Shown here one piece after another: positions 36,250-45,378 of a stretch of DNA of 64,000 bases. A program made the position numbers and the translations under genes. The DNA is taken from the NCBI RefSeq assembly GCF_044225925.1, contig NZ_JBGAHY010000020.1, one strand, 5' to 3'. Below the pieces are notes generated by a model. The model made no database searches and was not told the DNA's origin. It worked only from the letters and a program-made list of their open reading frames with translations. How positions within the stretch are numbered: position 1 is the first letter of the stretch; every line of letters starts with the position of its first letter. Source of the stretch: Allosphingosinicella sp. GTDB lineage: Bacteria; Pseudomonadota; Alphaproteobacteria; Sphingomonadales; Sphingomonadaceae.

Positions 36250-38016
36250 ATGCAGGGTACGAAGACTGGCGCGCGGGGCAAGCAGACGGAGGGGACGCCC
36301 CCGCCGTCCGGAAGCTTGCCTGCCGGCGTCGAACCCCAGCTCCAGCATGTCCTGGAGATCGTCCGGCAGCGTTATCTGGACGCGCTGCCCATCGCCGCCG
36401 CGATCATCACCATCTCCGACGACAGCTTCATCGATTGCGCCAACGACCAGTTCCGCCTGCTCGCTGAATGGGACGAACGGCTTGGCGAGCGCCGCATCGC
36501 GCAGGTGCCCCTGCTCCGCTCGGGCCCGATCGGGACGCGGCTCAACGCCTTCGTGAAGAAGGACGACCCGGCCTTCCAGTTCGACACCGCCGATGGCCGC
36601 TCGATCGGCGGCCGCCATTTCACCGTCCGCTTCGCCCGCCTTACCATCCTGCCCGGCCAGCCTGAGCGCTGCATGATCTCGCTGATCGACAAGACCGCCC
36701 AGGTCGAGACCGAGCGCAGCCTTCGCTCCGAAATGCTGCGCGACAGCCTCACCGGCCTGCCCAACCGCTTCGCCTTCAACGAGCGGGTCGAGGAGGTGAT
36801 GGCCGATCCCGGTTTCGCCGACCAATGCTATGCCGTGCTCGCCGTCGACATGACCCGCTTCAGCCGGGTTAACGAATGTATGGGGGCGATCGCCGGCGAC
36901 GAATTGCTGATCACCTTCGCCCGCCGACTGGTCTCGGCGCTGCGTCCGTCCGACATGCTGGCCCGCATTTCCGGCGACGAATTCGGCGTCCTGCTCCGCC
37001 TCGACCGCGGCCTTGCCGATGCGATGCGCGCCGCCGAGCGCATCAAGGCGGTGCTCACTTTGCCATTCCGCCTCTCCGAGCTGGAAATCCGCGTCGATTG
37101 CGCGATCGGCTGCGCGATCCTGTCGGACAGCGTGTCGAGCGCCGACGAGGTGCTCCGTAACGCCCAGTTCGCACTGAAGAACGCCAAGCAGAATGGCACG
37201 ACCCAGGTCTATGAGCCGACCCAGGCGCAGGAGGTCCGCCGCCGCTTCTCGATCGAGACGGAGCTGCGCGTCGCCATCGAGGCGGGGCAGCTGGAGCTCG
37301 CCTACCAGCCCTTGATCGAACTCAGCACCGGACATGTCGCCGGCTTCGAGGCGCTCGCCCGCTGGACGCTTGACGGCGAGCCGGTCACGCCGAGCGAGTT
37401 CATCCCGGTCGCCGAGGAATCCGGGCTGATCGTGCAACTCGGCCGCTGGGCGCTCGACACCGCCACGCAGACGCTCGCCGACTGGGACCGCAAGACCGGG
37501 ACCCGGCTCCCGATCAGCGTGAACGTCAATCTCTCCCCGGTGCAGATCAGCCGTGACGATGTCGCCGCCGCCGTCTCCGGCGCGCTCAGCGCCAGCGGCA
37601 TCGACGGCGACCGGTTGACCCTGGAGCTGACCGAGGGCGCGATCATCCAGGACCCGGAGCGGGTCGCCCGCGCATTGAAGGCGCTGCAACGCTTCGACGT
37701 GAAGATCGCGATGGACGATTTCGGCTCGGGCTATACCTCGCTCGCCTCGCTCCAGATGCTGCCGATCGACATCCTCAAGATCGATCAGCGCTTCATCTCC
37801 GGCATGCTGGAGGATGGCGACAGCGCCGCGATTGTCGACGCCATCCTCAGCCTCGCCCGCGCGCTCGGCATGGCGACGACCGCGGAGGGCATCGAGACCG
37901 AGGCCCTGGCCGCGGCCCTGCTGGAAAAAGGCTGCACCTACGGGCAGGGCTATTTCTATTCCGCAGCCCTTCCGGCCGACGAGGCGCTGGCTTACTGGCT
38001 CGACCGCAATAACTGA
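36250..38016 (+). CDS. PAS-like / GGDEF / EAL c-di-GMP signalling protein
   Basis: SLTGLPNRFAF; ISGDEFGVLL (SGDEF in place of GGDEF); ELAYQPLIEL...GFEALARW; DDFGSGYTSL. Confidence 0.85.
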   Translation: MQGTKTGARGKQTEGTPPPSGSLPAGVEPQLQHVLEIVRQRYLDALPIAAAIITISDDSFIDCANDQFRLLAEWDERLGERRIAQVPLLRSGPIGTRLNAFVKKDDPAFQFDTADGRSIGGRHFTVRFARLTILPGQPERCMISLIDKTAQVETERSLRSEMLRDSLTGLPNRFAFNERVEEVMADPGFADQCYAVLAVDMTRFSRVNECMGAIAGDELLITFARRLVSALRPSDMLARISGDEFGVLLRLDRGLADAMRAAERIKAVLTLPFRLSELEIRVDCAIGCAILSDSVSSADEVLRNAQFALKNAKQNGTTQVYEPTQAQEVRRRFSIETELRVAIEAGQLELAYQPLIELSTGHVAGFEALARWTLDGEPVTPSEFIPVAEESGLIVQLGRWALDTATQTLADWDRKTGTRLPISVNVNLSPVQISRDDVAAAVSGALSASGIDGDRLTLELTEGAIIQDPERVARALKALQRFDVKIAMDDFGSGYTSLASLQMLPIDILKIDQRFISGMLEDGDSAAIVDAILSLARALGMATTAEGIETEALAAALLEKGCTYGQGYFYSAALPADEALAYWLDRNN

Positions 38017-39188
38017 TCGACGAGGCGCCGGGCCATCGCCCGGACCATCCCGGTGTCCGCCGGGAAGCCCGCGGCGATCCATTCTTCCTCCAGCGCGTGC
38101 ATCGTCTTCGCGACGACAGGGCCTGCGGTCAGGCCCATATCGATCAGATCGCCGCCGCCGACCGGCATGTGCGGCCGCCGCCAGCTCTCCAGCTGCGCCA
38201 GCCCCGGTGCCGCCCGCCCGTGCAGCAGGATGCGGTCGACCGCCTCGGCCGCGCCGATCCGGTAGGCGAGCGCCTCTGGCGTAGCGAGCGTGGTGCCAGC
38301 GCCCGTGACCAGGCGGGCCGCGAGCTTGTTGGACAATCTGAGCCTGGCGCCGACCGAAGCGGCAACCTGCGGATCGGCGGGCAGCAAGGCGGCGAGGCGA
38401 CGGATCGCCGCCGGCCCGATCCCTGCAGCCTGTTCGGCGGTGACGAGCGCGTCCAGCCGGTCGGCGCTTTCAATCTCGGGCAGAACCGGGCGGAAGATGC
38501 CACGCGCGATCATCAGTCGGACGGTGGCACTCGGATCGGGCAGGGCCAGCAGTTTGAGTAATTCGTCCGCGATCCGCTCTCGGGAGAGGGCCATCAAATC
38601 ATTGGCCCGCGCCGCGCAGGCCTCAAGCCCTTCGGCGTCGGGTTCCCCCTGGCCGAAGCGGGCGTGGAAGCGGAAAAGGCGCAGGATGCGGAGATGATCC
38701 TCCGCGATCCGCTGTAGCGGGTCGCCAATGAAGCGGACGCGGCGGGCGTCCAGATCGGCGAGCCCGTCGAAATAGTCATACACCTCGCCGCTCAGCGGAT
38801 CGGCGGAGAGCGCATTGATCGTGAAATCACGGCGGGCGGCGTCCGCGCGCCAGTCGTCGGTGAAGGCGACGGTGGCGCGGCGGCCGTCGGTCGAGACGTC
38901 GCGGCGGAGCGTGGTGACCTCGACCGGCGTGCCGGCGCTGACCGCGGTGATCGTGCCGTGGGCGATCCCGGTCGGGACCGCCTTGATGCGCACGGCCTCA
39001 AGCCGCTTCACGACTTCGTCCGGGGTGAAGCGCGTCGCCAGATCGACATCGCTCTGCTCCAGCCCGAGGAGGGCGTCCCGCACGCAGCCGCCGACATAAC
39101 GGGTCGCGCCGCTTTTGGCGTCGAGCGCGGCGAGCAGCCGGTCCATGCCGGGGCGCGTGCGCCAGGGTGCGTCGGGCAAAGCCGTCAT
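37992..39188 (-). CDS. cca: CCA tRNA nucleotidyltransferase
   Basis: Start re-picked at MTALPDAPW. YVGGCVRDALLG...DVDLATRFTPDEV...TGIAHGTITAV. Confidence 0.85.
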   Translation of the reverse strand: MTALPDAPWRTRPGMDRLLAALDAKSGATRYVGGCVRDALLGLEQSDVDLATRFTPDEVVKRLEAVRIKAVPTGIAHGTITAVSAGTPVEVTTLRRDVSTDGRRATVAFTDDWRADAARRDFTINALSADPLSGEVYDYFDGLADLDARRVRFIGDPLQRIAEDHLRILRLFRFHARFGQGEPDAEGLEACAARANDLMALSRERIADELLKLLALPDPSATVRLMIARGIFRPVLPEIESADRLDALVTAEQAAGIGPAAIRRLAALLPADPQVAASVGARLRLSNKLAARLVTGAGTTLATPEALAYRIGAAEAVDRILLHGRAAPGLAQLESWRRPHMPVGGGDLIDMGLTAGPVVAKTMHALEEEWIAAGFPADTGMVRAMARRLVDQLLRSSQ

Positions 39189-39784
39189 GTCGCCAGCGCC
39201 AGACGCCGGCTTAGGTTCACGATCATTGCCGCCGTCGCCCCCCAGATGCGCTGCTCCTGCCAATCGATCTCATAATAGGTCCGCTCCCGCCCGCGCCAGA
39301 AGGCGGTGCGCACCTGCTGGTGCGCCGGATCGAGGATATGGTGGAGCGGCGCCTCGAACACCGCCGCCACTTCGCCCGGATGCGGGGTCAGCGGGAGGTC
39401 CGGCGGAACGATGCCGAGCACGGGCGTCACCTCGAAGCCGGTGACGGTGAGATAGGGATCGGCGATGCCGATAATCTCCACCTGCGCGCGCGCGAGGCCG
39501 ATCTCCTCCTCCGCCTCGCGGAGAGCCGCATCGACCGGGCCGGTATCGCCGGGATCGATCCGCCCGCCGGGGAAGCTGACCTGGCCCGGATGCTTGCGCA
39601 TCGTCTCGGGGCGCAGGGTCAGGATCACGGTCGGCGCGGGCCGGTCCACCACGGCGACCAGCACGGCCGCCGGCGTAACGCCCTGCGCTAGCGCCTCTGC
39701 GTCCAGGCCATCGCCGCCGATCAGCTCGGGGCTCAACCGGTGGCCCGCCTCCAGAGCGGCGCGGAGTCTGTCGGCGAGGTTCAT
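39185..39784 (-). CDS. NUDIX hydrolase, CoA pyrophosphatase-like
   Basis: Start re-picked at MNLADRL. GQVSFPGGRIDPGDTGPVDAALREAEEEIG Nudix box. Confidence 0.8.
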   Translation of the reverse strand: MNLADRLRAALEAGHRLSPELIGGDGLDAEALAQGVTPAAVLVAVVDRPAPTVILTLRPETMRKHPGQVSFPGGRIDPGDTGPVDAALREAEEEIGLARAQVEIIGIADPYLTVTGFEVTPVLGIVPPDLPLTPHPGEVAAVFEAPLHHILDPAHQQVRTAFWRGRERTYYEIDWQEQRIWGATAAMIVNLSRRLALAT

Positions 39785-40341
39785 TCCGCCTGCTCCAGCG
39801 CGAAGAAAGCGCCGCCGCTCCACACGCCCGGCGGGGTCGCGCCCTCGGCCAAAGCGATCTCGGCCAGCTCGTAATAGACCGGGCGGCAGACCAGCGCGTC
39901 GAGGCCTTTGCGCACTTCCACATAGGGATGCGGGCCCGCCTCGAAGCGCAGGGGATGGTCCGGCCCGGCCACGACCAGATCGCCGGTATTGAGCCGGAAG
40001 GCGAGGCTGCGTTTCTCCCCCTCGCCTTCGCTTTTCAGCTCGACCGCAACGAAGGGCGCATCCTCGATGTGGATGTTCAATTTCTCGGCCGGGGTGACCA
40101 GCACGAAGCCGCCGTCCGGCTCGCGCCGCAGGATGGTCGAGAAGAGGCGGACCATGGCCAGCCGGCCGATCGGGCTGCCCTGATGATACCAGGTGCCGTC
40201 GCGCGCGATCCGCATCTCGCTGTCGCCGCAATGGGTCGGGTGCCATTTCTCCACCGGCGGCAGGCGTTTCTCCTCCGCCAGCCGCGCGATCTCGGCGAGG
40301 CTGAGGCCGGAGAGATCCTCGGGTGGCGGCGGCATCGGCAT
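39781..40341 (-). CDS. DUF1285 family protein
   Basis: VEKWHPTHCGDSEMRIARDGTWYHQGSPI pattern. The DUF1285 / CoA pyrophosphatase / cca gene order is conserved in Alphaproteobacteria. Confidence 0.7.
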   Translation of the reverse strand: MPMPPPPEDLSGLSLAEIARLAEEKRLPPVEKWHPTHCGDSEMRIARDGTWYHQGSPIGRLAMVRLFSTILRREPDGGFVLVTPAEKLNIHIEDAPFVAVELKSEGEGEKRSLAFRLNTGDLVVAGPDHPLRFEAGPHPYVEVRKGLDALVCRPVYYELAEIALAEGATPPGVWSGGAFFALEQAE

Positions 40342-40386
40342 AAGGTCGCCTTAGCCTCCCGCTGGCCATGCGCAAAGCGCGCCGCT

Positions 40387-41130
40387 ATGCGCCGCCCCAT
40401 GAACACGGCAATCGTCACTGGCGGCGCGAAGCGGATCGGCGCGGAGCTCGTCCGCGCCCTCGCGGCCGACGGCTGGCATGTGCTGATCCACTACAATCAC
40501 TCCGAAGCCGAGGCGAAGGCGCTTGCCGCGGAAGTGGGCAGCGCCACGATCGTGCAGGCGGACCTCGCCGATCCGGCGGCGACCGACCGGATCATCGCCG
40601 CGCTCGACGGCCTGCCGCCGGCGCGGCTGCTGGTGAACAACGCCTCGCTTTTCGCGCATGACGACATCCGGGATTTTACCCCGGAAAGCTGGGCTGCGCA
40701 CCTGGACGTGAACCTGCGCGCGCCGGCCCTGCTCAGCCGCGCCTTCGCCGCGGCGGCGGGGGAGGGGCTGATCGTCAATCTGCTGGACGCCAAGCTGGCC
40801 GGACCCAATCCCGACTTCTTCAGCTACACCATCTCCAAATATGGCCTGGCCGGCGTGACCGAACTGTCTGCCCGCGCCTTCGCCCCGAACATTCGCGTCT
40901 GTGCGATCGCGCCGTCCGTCACCATGGTCTCCGGCCCCCAGAGCCGCGCCAATTTCGACAAGGTGCATGGCCTCAACGCTCTGGGCCGCGGCGTCCGGGT
41001 CGAGGAGATCGTGGCCGCCTTGCGCTTCCTGATCGCCACGCCGAGCATCACCGGCCAGACCATCCTTCTCGACGGCGGCCAGCGCTTCCTCGGCCTGCCC
41101 CGCGACGTTCAATTCCTGGAGACCCCATGA
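40387..41130 (+). CDS. SDR family oxidoreductase (pteridine-reductase-like)
   Basis: AIVTGGAKRIGAEL Rossmann motif; YTISKYGL catalytic Y-x-x-x-K. The start is either 40387 or 40399. Confidence 0.8.
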   Translation: MRRPMNTAIVTGGAKRIGAELVRALAADGWHVLIHYNHSEAEAKALAAEVGSATIVQADLADPAATDRIIAALDGLPPARLLVNNASLFAHDDIRDFTPESWAAHLDVNLRAPALLSRAFAAAAGEGLIVNLLDAKLAGPNPDFFSYTISKYGLAGVTELSARAFAPNIRVCAIAPSVTMVSGPQSRANFDKVHGLNALGRGVRVEEIVAALRFLIATPSITGQTILLDGGQRFLGLPRDVQFLETP

Positions 41131-41534
41131 CCCAAGATAATATCGCCAGGCTGGACGGTCTCGTCCCCGACCGGCTTGCCCCCAAGACCCGCAAGATCGT
41201 GCTCGACGGCTATGACGTGCCGGTCGACATCGGTTTCCACGATTTCGAGGTGGGTGTGCCGCAGCGCCTGCTGATCACCGTCGAAGTGTGGGTCGACGAG
41301 GCGAGCTTCGCCGCGACCGACGAGCGCAGCCAGGCCTGGGACTATGATTTCCTGCGCACCGAGATCGGCGCGCTCGCGCGCTCGCGCCGCTTCAACCTGC
41401 AGGAGACCTTCGTGCGCGAGGCCTATGACCTGATCGCGGCGCGGCGCGGGGTCACGGCGCTGCGCATTTCCACCCGCAAGCCGGACATCTACCCCGATTG
41501 CGTCGGCGTCGGCGTCGAGCTGTCCTCTTTCTGA
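41127..41534 (+). CDS. folB: dihydroneopterin aldolase family protein
   Basis: 135 aa. IGFHDFEVGVPQRLLITVEVWV pattern. The start overlaps the SDR stop. Confidence 0.65.
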   Translation: MTQDNIARLDGLVPDRLAPKTRKIVLDGYDVPVDIGFHDFEVGVPQRLLITVEVWVDEASFAATDERSQAWDYDFLRTEIGALARSRRFNLQETFVREAYDLIAARRGVTALRISTRKPDIYPDCVGVGVELSSF

Positions 41535-41541
41535 GCAGGCC

Positions 41542-42384
41542 CTAGCGGGTGGGGACGCGGGTGCGGGCGCAGCGCCCCAGGCCGTTCACGATCACCTGAT
41601 AATCCGCCTGGATCGCGCGGCTCTCGTCCGGCGTCGCCTCGCTCAGCACGTCGCCGGGGAGGCGCGCGGGCAGGGTGCAGGCGAGGCGGTACCAGAGCAA
41701 GGTATTGGGCTGCGGCGGCGCGGCGCCCTCATCGACGATCTCGCCGAGCGACACGGACCAGCGCACCTGCTCACCGGGCCGGCGCAGCACGCTGAGCGAG
41801 ATCGGCCGCTGATCCGCGGTCTGCAGAAAGAACTGGGTCTCGCTCTCTCCCGGCAGATTTCCGGGGACGCTGAACGCGCGGCCGATGCCGGTGATCCGCG
41901 GCGCAGGGCTGGCCCCGCTCGCCTCGCGGACGATGCCGCGCAGCATCTCCGCAGCGGCGGGTGAATAGGGCACCTGCGCGTCGGCGGTGACCAGCCGGAC
42001 CTCGTCCGGGCGACTCGGCACCCGATTCGCCATGATCAGATATTCGGCCCGCCTGGCGATTCGCGCCGGCCGGCCGCGCGAGTCGTTCGGCAGGTCGACG
42101 AGATAGCGGAGCCGGGCCGGCAGGCCGCTCGTCCCACGAATCAAGGCGACCAGTTCGGCCTCGATTTCGAAGCGGGTGAATCCGGCCCGGACCGTTGTCG
42201 CCTCACGTGCGTTCAACCGGTCGGCACCGTGCACCCTGACATAAGCGACGATCGGGGCGCCGGCGCCGAGGTCCGCCAAATCGGCGTAAGTAAGAGTTTG
42301 TAAACCCTGTTGATTCTGCGGCTGTGCAACGGCCGGCGAAGTGGCGGCAAGCAAGGCGGAAAGGGCGAAAATTGGCGCTTTCAT
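41542..42384 (-). CDS. hypothetical secreted protein
   Basis: Signal peptide MKAPIFALSALLAATSPAVAQ. No family recognised. Confidence 0.5.
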   Translation of the reverse strand: MKAPIFALSALLAATSPAVAQPQNQQGLQTLTYADLADLGAGAPIVAYVRVHGADRLNAREATTVRAGFTRFEIEAELVALIRGTSGLPARLRYLVDLPNDSRGRPARIARRAEYLIMANRVPSRPDEVRLVTADAQVPYSPAAAEMLRGIVREASGASPAPRITGIGRAFSVPGNLPGESETQFFLQTADQRPISLSVLRRPGEQVRWSVSLGEIVDEGAAPPQPNTLLWYRLACTLPARLPGDVLSEATPDESRAIQADYQVIVNGLGRCARTRVPTR

Positions 42385-42626
42385 ATCATGTCCCGTATCG
42401 ATCCAGCCCCCCGCTAGGGCCGCCCGGATTAACCCCCGATTGCGACGGAAATCCAGCGCGCGTGACGATCAGGTTACAAAGTTACGTGGAGGATTGCCTG
42501 ATCCAAAAGGCCGCGATAGAGACCTCGGCCTTGACTACATCCGATTAACGGATGATCGGTTTCGAGGTCACCGCGCGGCCAAACGCGGATGTGCCTTTAA
42601 TGCGATGAGAGGAGCCTGGCGGATAA

Positions 42627-43280
42627 ATGTCTTACACAGACCAGCCAGTTAGTCGCGGACGCACCTATGCGATTATCATCGTCGCATTGCTGCATGCGCT
42701 CCTCGCCTATGCGTTCGTGACGGGTCTCGCCTACCGGTTCGTGAAGGGCCTGAACCCCGACATGAAGACCTTCGACGTGAAGGAGGAGCCGCCGCCCCCG
42801 CCCGAGGAGCCGCCGCCCCCGCCGCCGGACCAGCCCAATTCGCCGCCGGTCACTGCCGTGCCGTCGCCGATTCCGCTGCCGTCGCCGATGCCGGTGCCGC
42901 CGACGCCGCCGCAGATTTATCGGCCGCCGGTCCCGGTTCCGGCGCCGCCGGCGCCTGTACCGTCGCCGCCGCCGCCTCGCGTGGTGCCGCCGCAGCGTGC
43001 CCGGGCGAACCTGAACTCGTACTTCTCGACGGACGATTATCCGGCGGGCGCCCTGCGTAACAACGAACAGGGCACCACCGCATTCTCGCTCACGATCGGC
43101 ACCTCCGGTCGCGTCGAGGCTTGCACGGTGACTTCGTCGAGCGGCTCGTCCGCGCTTGATCAGGCGACCTGCCGGATTCTGCGCAGCCGCGCTCGCTACA
43201 CACCGGCGCGGGATGAGAACGGGAATCCGGTTGCGGGCCACGATTCAGCCCGGGTCACCTGGCGACTTCCGGCAGAGTAA
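42627..43280 (+). CDS. tonB: energy transducer TonB
   Basis: N-terminal TM segment, a Pro-rich EEPPPPPEEPPPPPPDQP spacer, and a C-terminal TonB domain (YPAGALRNNEQGTTAFSLTIGTSGRV). Confidence 0.85.
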   Translation: MSYTDQPVSRGRTYAIIIVALLHALLAYAFVTGLAYRFVKGLNPDMKTFDVKEEPPPPPEEPPPPPPDQPNSPPVTAVPSPIPLPSPMPVPPTPPQIYRPPVPVPAPPAPVPSPPPPRVVPPQRARANLNSYFSTDDYPAGALRNNEQGTTAFSLTIGTSGRVEACTVTSSSGSSALDQATCRILRSRARYTPARDENGNPVAGHDSARVTWRLPAE

Positions 43281-43323
43281 GTTTTTCAGCACCCAAAATT
43301 TAGAGTGAGAAGGAATTAATCAA

Positions 43324-44097
43324 ATGGCAGCACCAGCAGCAAATGGAGCAGCGCCGGTCGGGGCCGATCAATTCGGCTTCCTGCAGGCTCTCAAGGAAGG
43401 CGGCGTCATCGCGTGGCTCACGCTTTCCGTGCTCGTCATCATGTCGGCCGGTTCCTGGTACATCTTCTTCGTGAAGCTGATCGACCAGAACCGCATCATC
43501 CGTGAAGGCCGGCGCGCGCGCACGACTTTCTGGCAGGCGCCGAATCTGCGCGATGCCGCCAACAAGCTCGACAAGAATGGCGCCTATCGCCAGATCGTCG
43601 AGGACGGCCTGCTGGCCGAGGAGCAGCACAACAAGCTGACCGATCCGACCGACCAGCATGAGTGGATGATGAGCTCGCTGACCCGCAGCCAGGGCGCCAT
43701 CTCCGCCAAGCTGTCGGGCGGTCTCGCCTTCCTCGCCACCGTCGGTTCGACCGCGCCGTTCGTCGGCCTGTTCGGCACCGTCGTCGGCATCTACCGCGCG
43801 CTGATCAAGATCGGCGCCGCCGGTCAGGCGTCGATCTCCGCGGTCGCCGGCCCGGTCGGTGAGGCGCTCATCATGACCGCCCTCGGCCTCGTCGTCGCGG
43901 TCCCGGCCGTGATGCAGTACAACTGGCTGATGCGCCGCAACAAGAACATCAGTGAGCAGCTCGCCCGCTTCGCGGTGGACGTGCATGGCTACATGATGTC
44001 GGGTGGCTCCGTTCGTCCGGCGGTTCCGTCGCGTCCGGCTCCGGCTGCGAAGCCGGCGGCCCCCGCGGCTGGTGCGGCCACGACCGCCAAATCGTAA
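43324..44097 (+). CDS. exbB: MotA/TolQ/ExbB proton-channel protein
   Basis: LATVGSTAPFVGLFGTVVGI...AGPVGEALIMTALGL. Confidence 0.85.
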   Translation: MAAPAANGAAPVGADQFGFLQALKEGGVIAWLTLSVLVIMSAGSWYIFFVKLIDQNRIIREGRRARTTFWQAPNLRDAANKLDKNGAYRQIVEDGLLAEEQHNKLTDPTDQHEWMMSSLTRSQGAISAKLSGGLAFLATVGSTAPFVGLFGTVVGIYRALIKIGAAGQASISAVAGPVGEALIMTALGLVVAVPAVMQYNWLMRRNKNISEQLARFAVDVHGYMMSGGSVRPAVPSRPAPAAKPAAPAAGAATTAKS

Positions 44098-44184
44098 GTG
44101 AGGCAGCGGCGGGCCGCTCCAGGCCCGCCGCGTCCCTCCGGCGGCGCGCCCGCGGGCGCACAGGCTAAGAACGGGAATTAGATT

Positions 44185-44673
44185 ATGGCTATGCAGGTCG
44201 GCGAAGCAGGCGGTGAAGAAGACACACCGATGTCCGACATCAACACGACGCCGCTGGTGGACGTGATGCTCGTGCTGCTGATCATCTTCCTGATCGCCGT
44301 GCCGATTGTGTTGCAGTCGGTCCAGGTCGATCTGCCGAAGGTGCGCTACCAGGTGACCGAGACGAAGCCCGAGAACGTGAACCTGTCGGTCCGGCTGGAG
44401 CGCGACGGGACGTGCGGGGTCTATTGGGATCTCACCAAGATGACCACGGACACCTTGTTCGACCGTGGGCGGCGGCATCTCGAGGACCGGATTCGCGATC
44501 TTGGCGGCCGGCAGAACCTCACCGAGGACAATATGCCGGAAGCGCATATCCGCGGCGACATCAACACGCCCTACCGGTGCATCGGGGCTGCCATCTACAC
44601 GATGCAGCGCGCGGGTTTCGCCCGGATCGGCTTCATTTCCGCACCGCCGCCCGAAGGCGGCCAGCGGTTGTGA
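44185..44673 (+). CDS. exbD: biopolymer transporter ExbD
   Basis: DINTTPLVDVMLVLLIIFLIA. Confidence 0.85.
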   Translation: MAMQVGEAGGEEDTPMSDINTTPLVDVMLVLLIIFLIAVPIVLQSVQVDLPKVRYQVTETKPENVNLSVRLERDGTCGVYWDLTKMTTDTLFDRGRRHLEDRIRDLGGRQNLTEDNMPEAHIRGDINTPYRCIGAAIYTMQRAGFARIGFISAPPPEGGQRL

Positions 44674-44700
44674 CCGCGGCGACATTAGGAGTGAATTAAA

Positions 44701-45126
44701 ATGGGCGCAGCCGTTCAAGGTGAATCCGGCGAACCGATGATGGACATCAACACGACGCCGTTGATCGACGTCATGCTGGTGCTGCTGATCATGTTCATCA
44801 TCACGATCCCGGTGCAGACGCACGCGGTGAAGCTCGATCTGCCGCAGGCGACCGACGCTCCCCCGCCGCCCGTCGAGCCGCAGAAGAACAAGATCGTCGT
44901 GACGGCCGATGGCCAGATCCTGTGGAACGGCGCGCCCGTCGATCTGCAGCGCCTGCGCCAGTATCTCGACATTACGGCGAACATGAACCCGACCCCCGAG
45001 CTGCACCTGCAGCCGGACCGGCTTGCCAATTACGGGATCGTCGACGAGGTGCTGGCCGTGACCAAGCGCGCCAACATCACGACGATGGGTTTCGTCGGCA
45101 ACGAATATTATTCGCGCGAATTCTGA
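44701..45126 (+). CDS. exbD: biopolymer transporter ExbD (second copy)
   Basis: DINTTPLIDVMLVLLIMFIIT. Confidence 0.85.
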   Translation: MGAAVQGESGEPMMDINTTPLIDVMLVLLIMFIITIPVQTHAVKLDLPQATDAPPPPVEPQKNKIVVTADGQILWNGAPVDLQRLRQYLDITANMNPTPELHLQPDRLANYGIVDEVLAVTKRANITTMGFVGNEYYSREF

Positions 45127-45150
45127 CGCGCGGCGGAATACCTTCTCACA

Positions 45151-45176
45151 GGGCGGCGCCTCGGCGCCGCCCTTTT
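45151..45176. terminator. rho-independent terminator after the tonB-exbBDD operon
   Basis: gggcggcgcc-tc-ggcgccgccc followed by ttttcgttt. Confidence 0.7.
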
Positions 45177-45195
45177 CGTTTGGGGTCTATGCGCT

Positions 45196-45378
45196 TTACG
45201 AGCCCGCCGGTCTGGCAGGTCTGAGGGCCATGTAGATTAGCGCCGGTGCGCAGAGCAGGAAGACGACGCTGTCGAAGCCTCGATGTGCGATGTCAGCAGT
45301 TCCCAGCCACCCCATCGAGACGACCAATCCGCCCATAGCCGACAACGCGCCGAGGATGAGCAGGATGGGGCGCTTCAA
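45196..45378 (-). CDS. small membrane protein (60 aa)
   Basis: The TTG start overlaps the ABC transporter stop. Two hydrophobic segments. Mostly G/C at third positions. Confidence 0.35.
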   Translation of the reverse strand: MKRPILLILGALSAMGGLVVSMGWLGTADIAHRGFDSVVFLLCAPALIYMALRPARPAGS

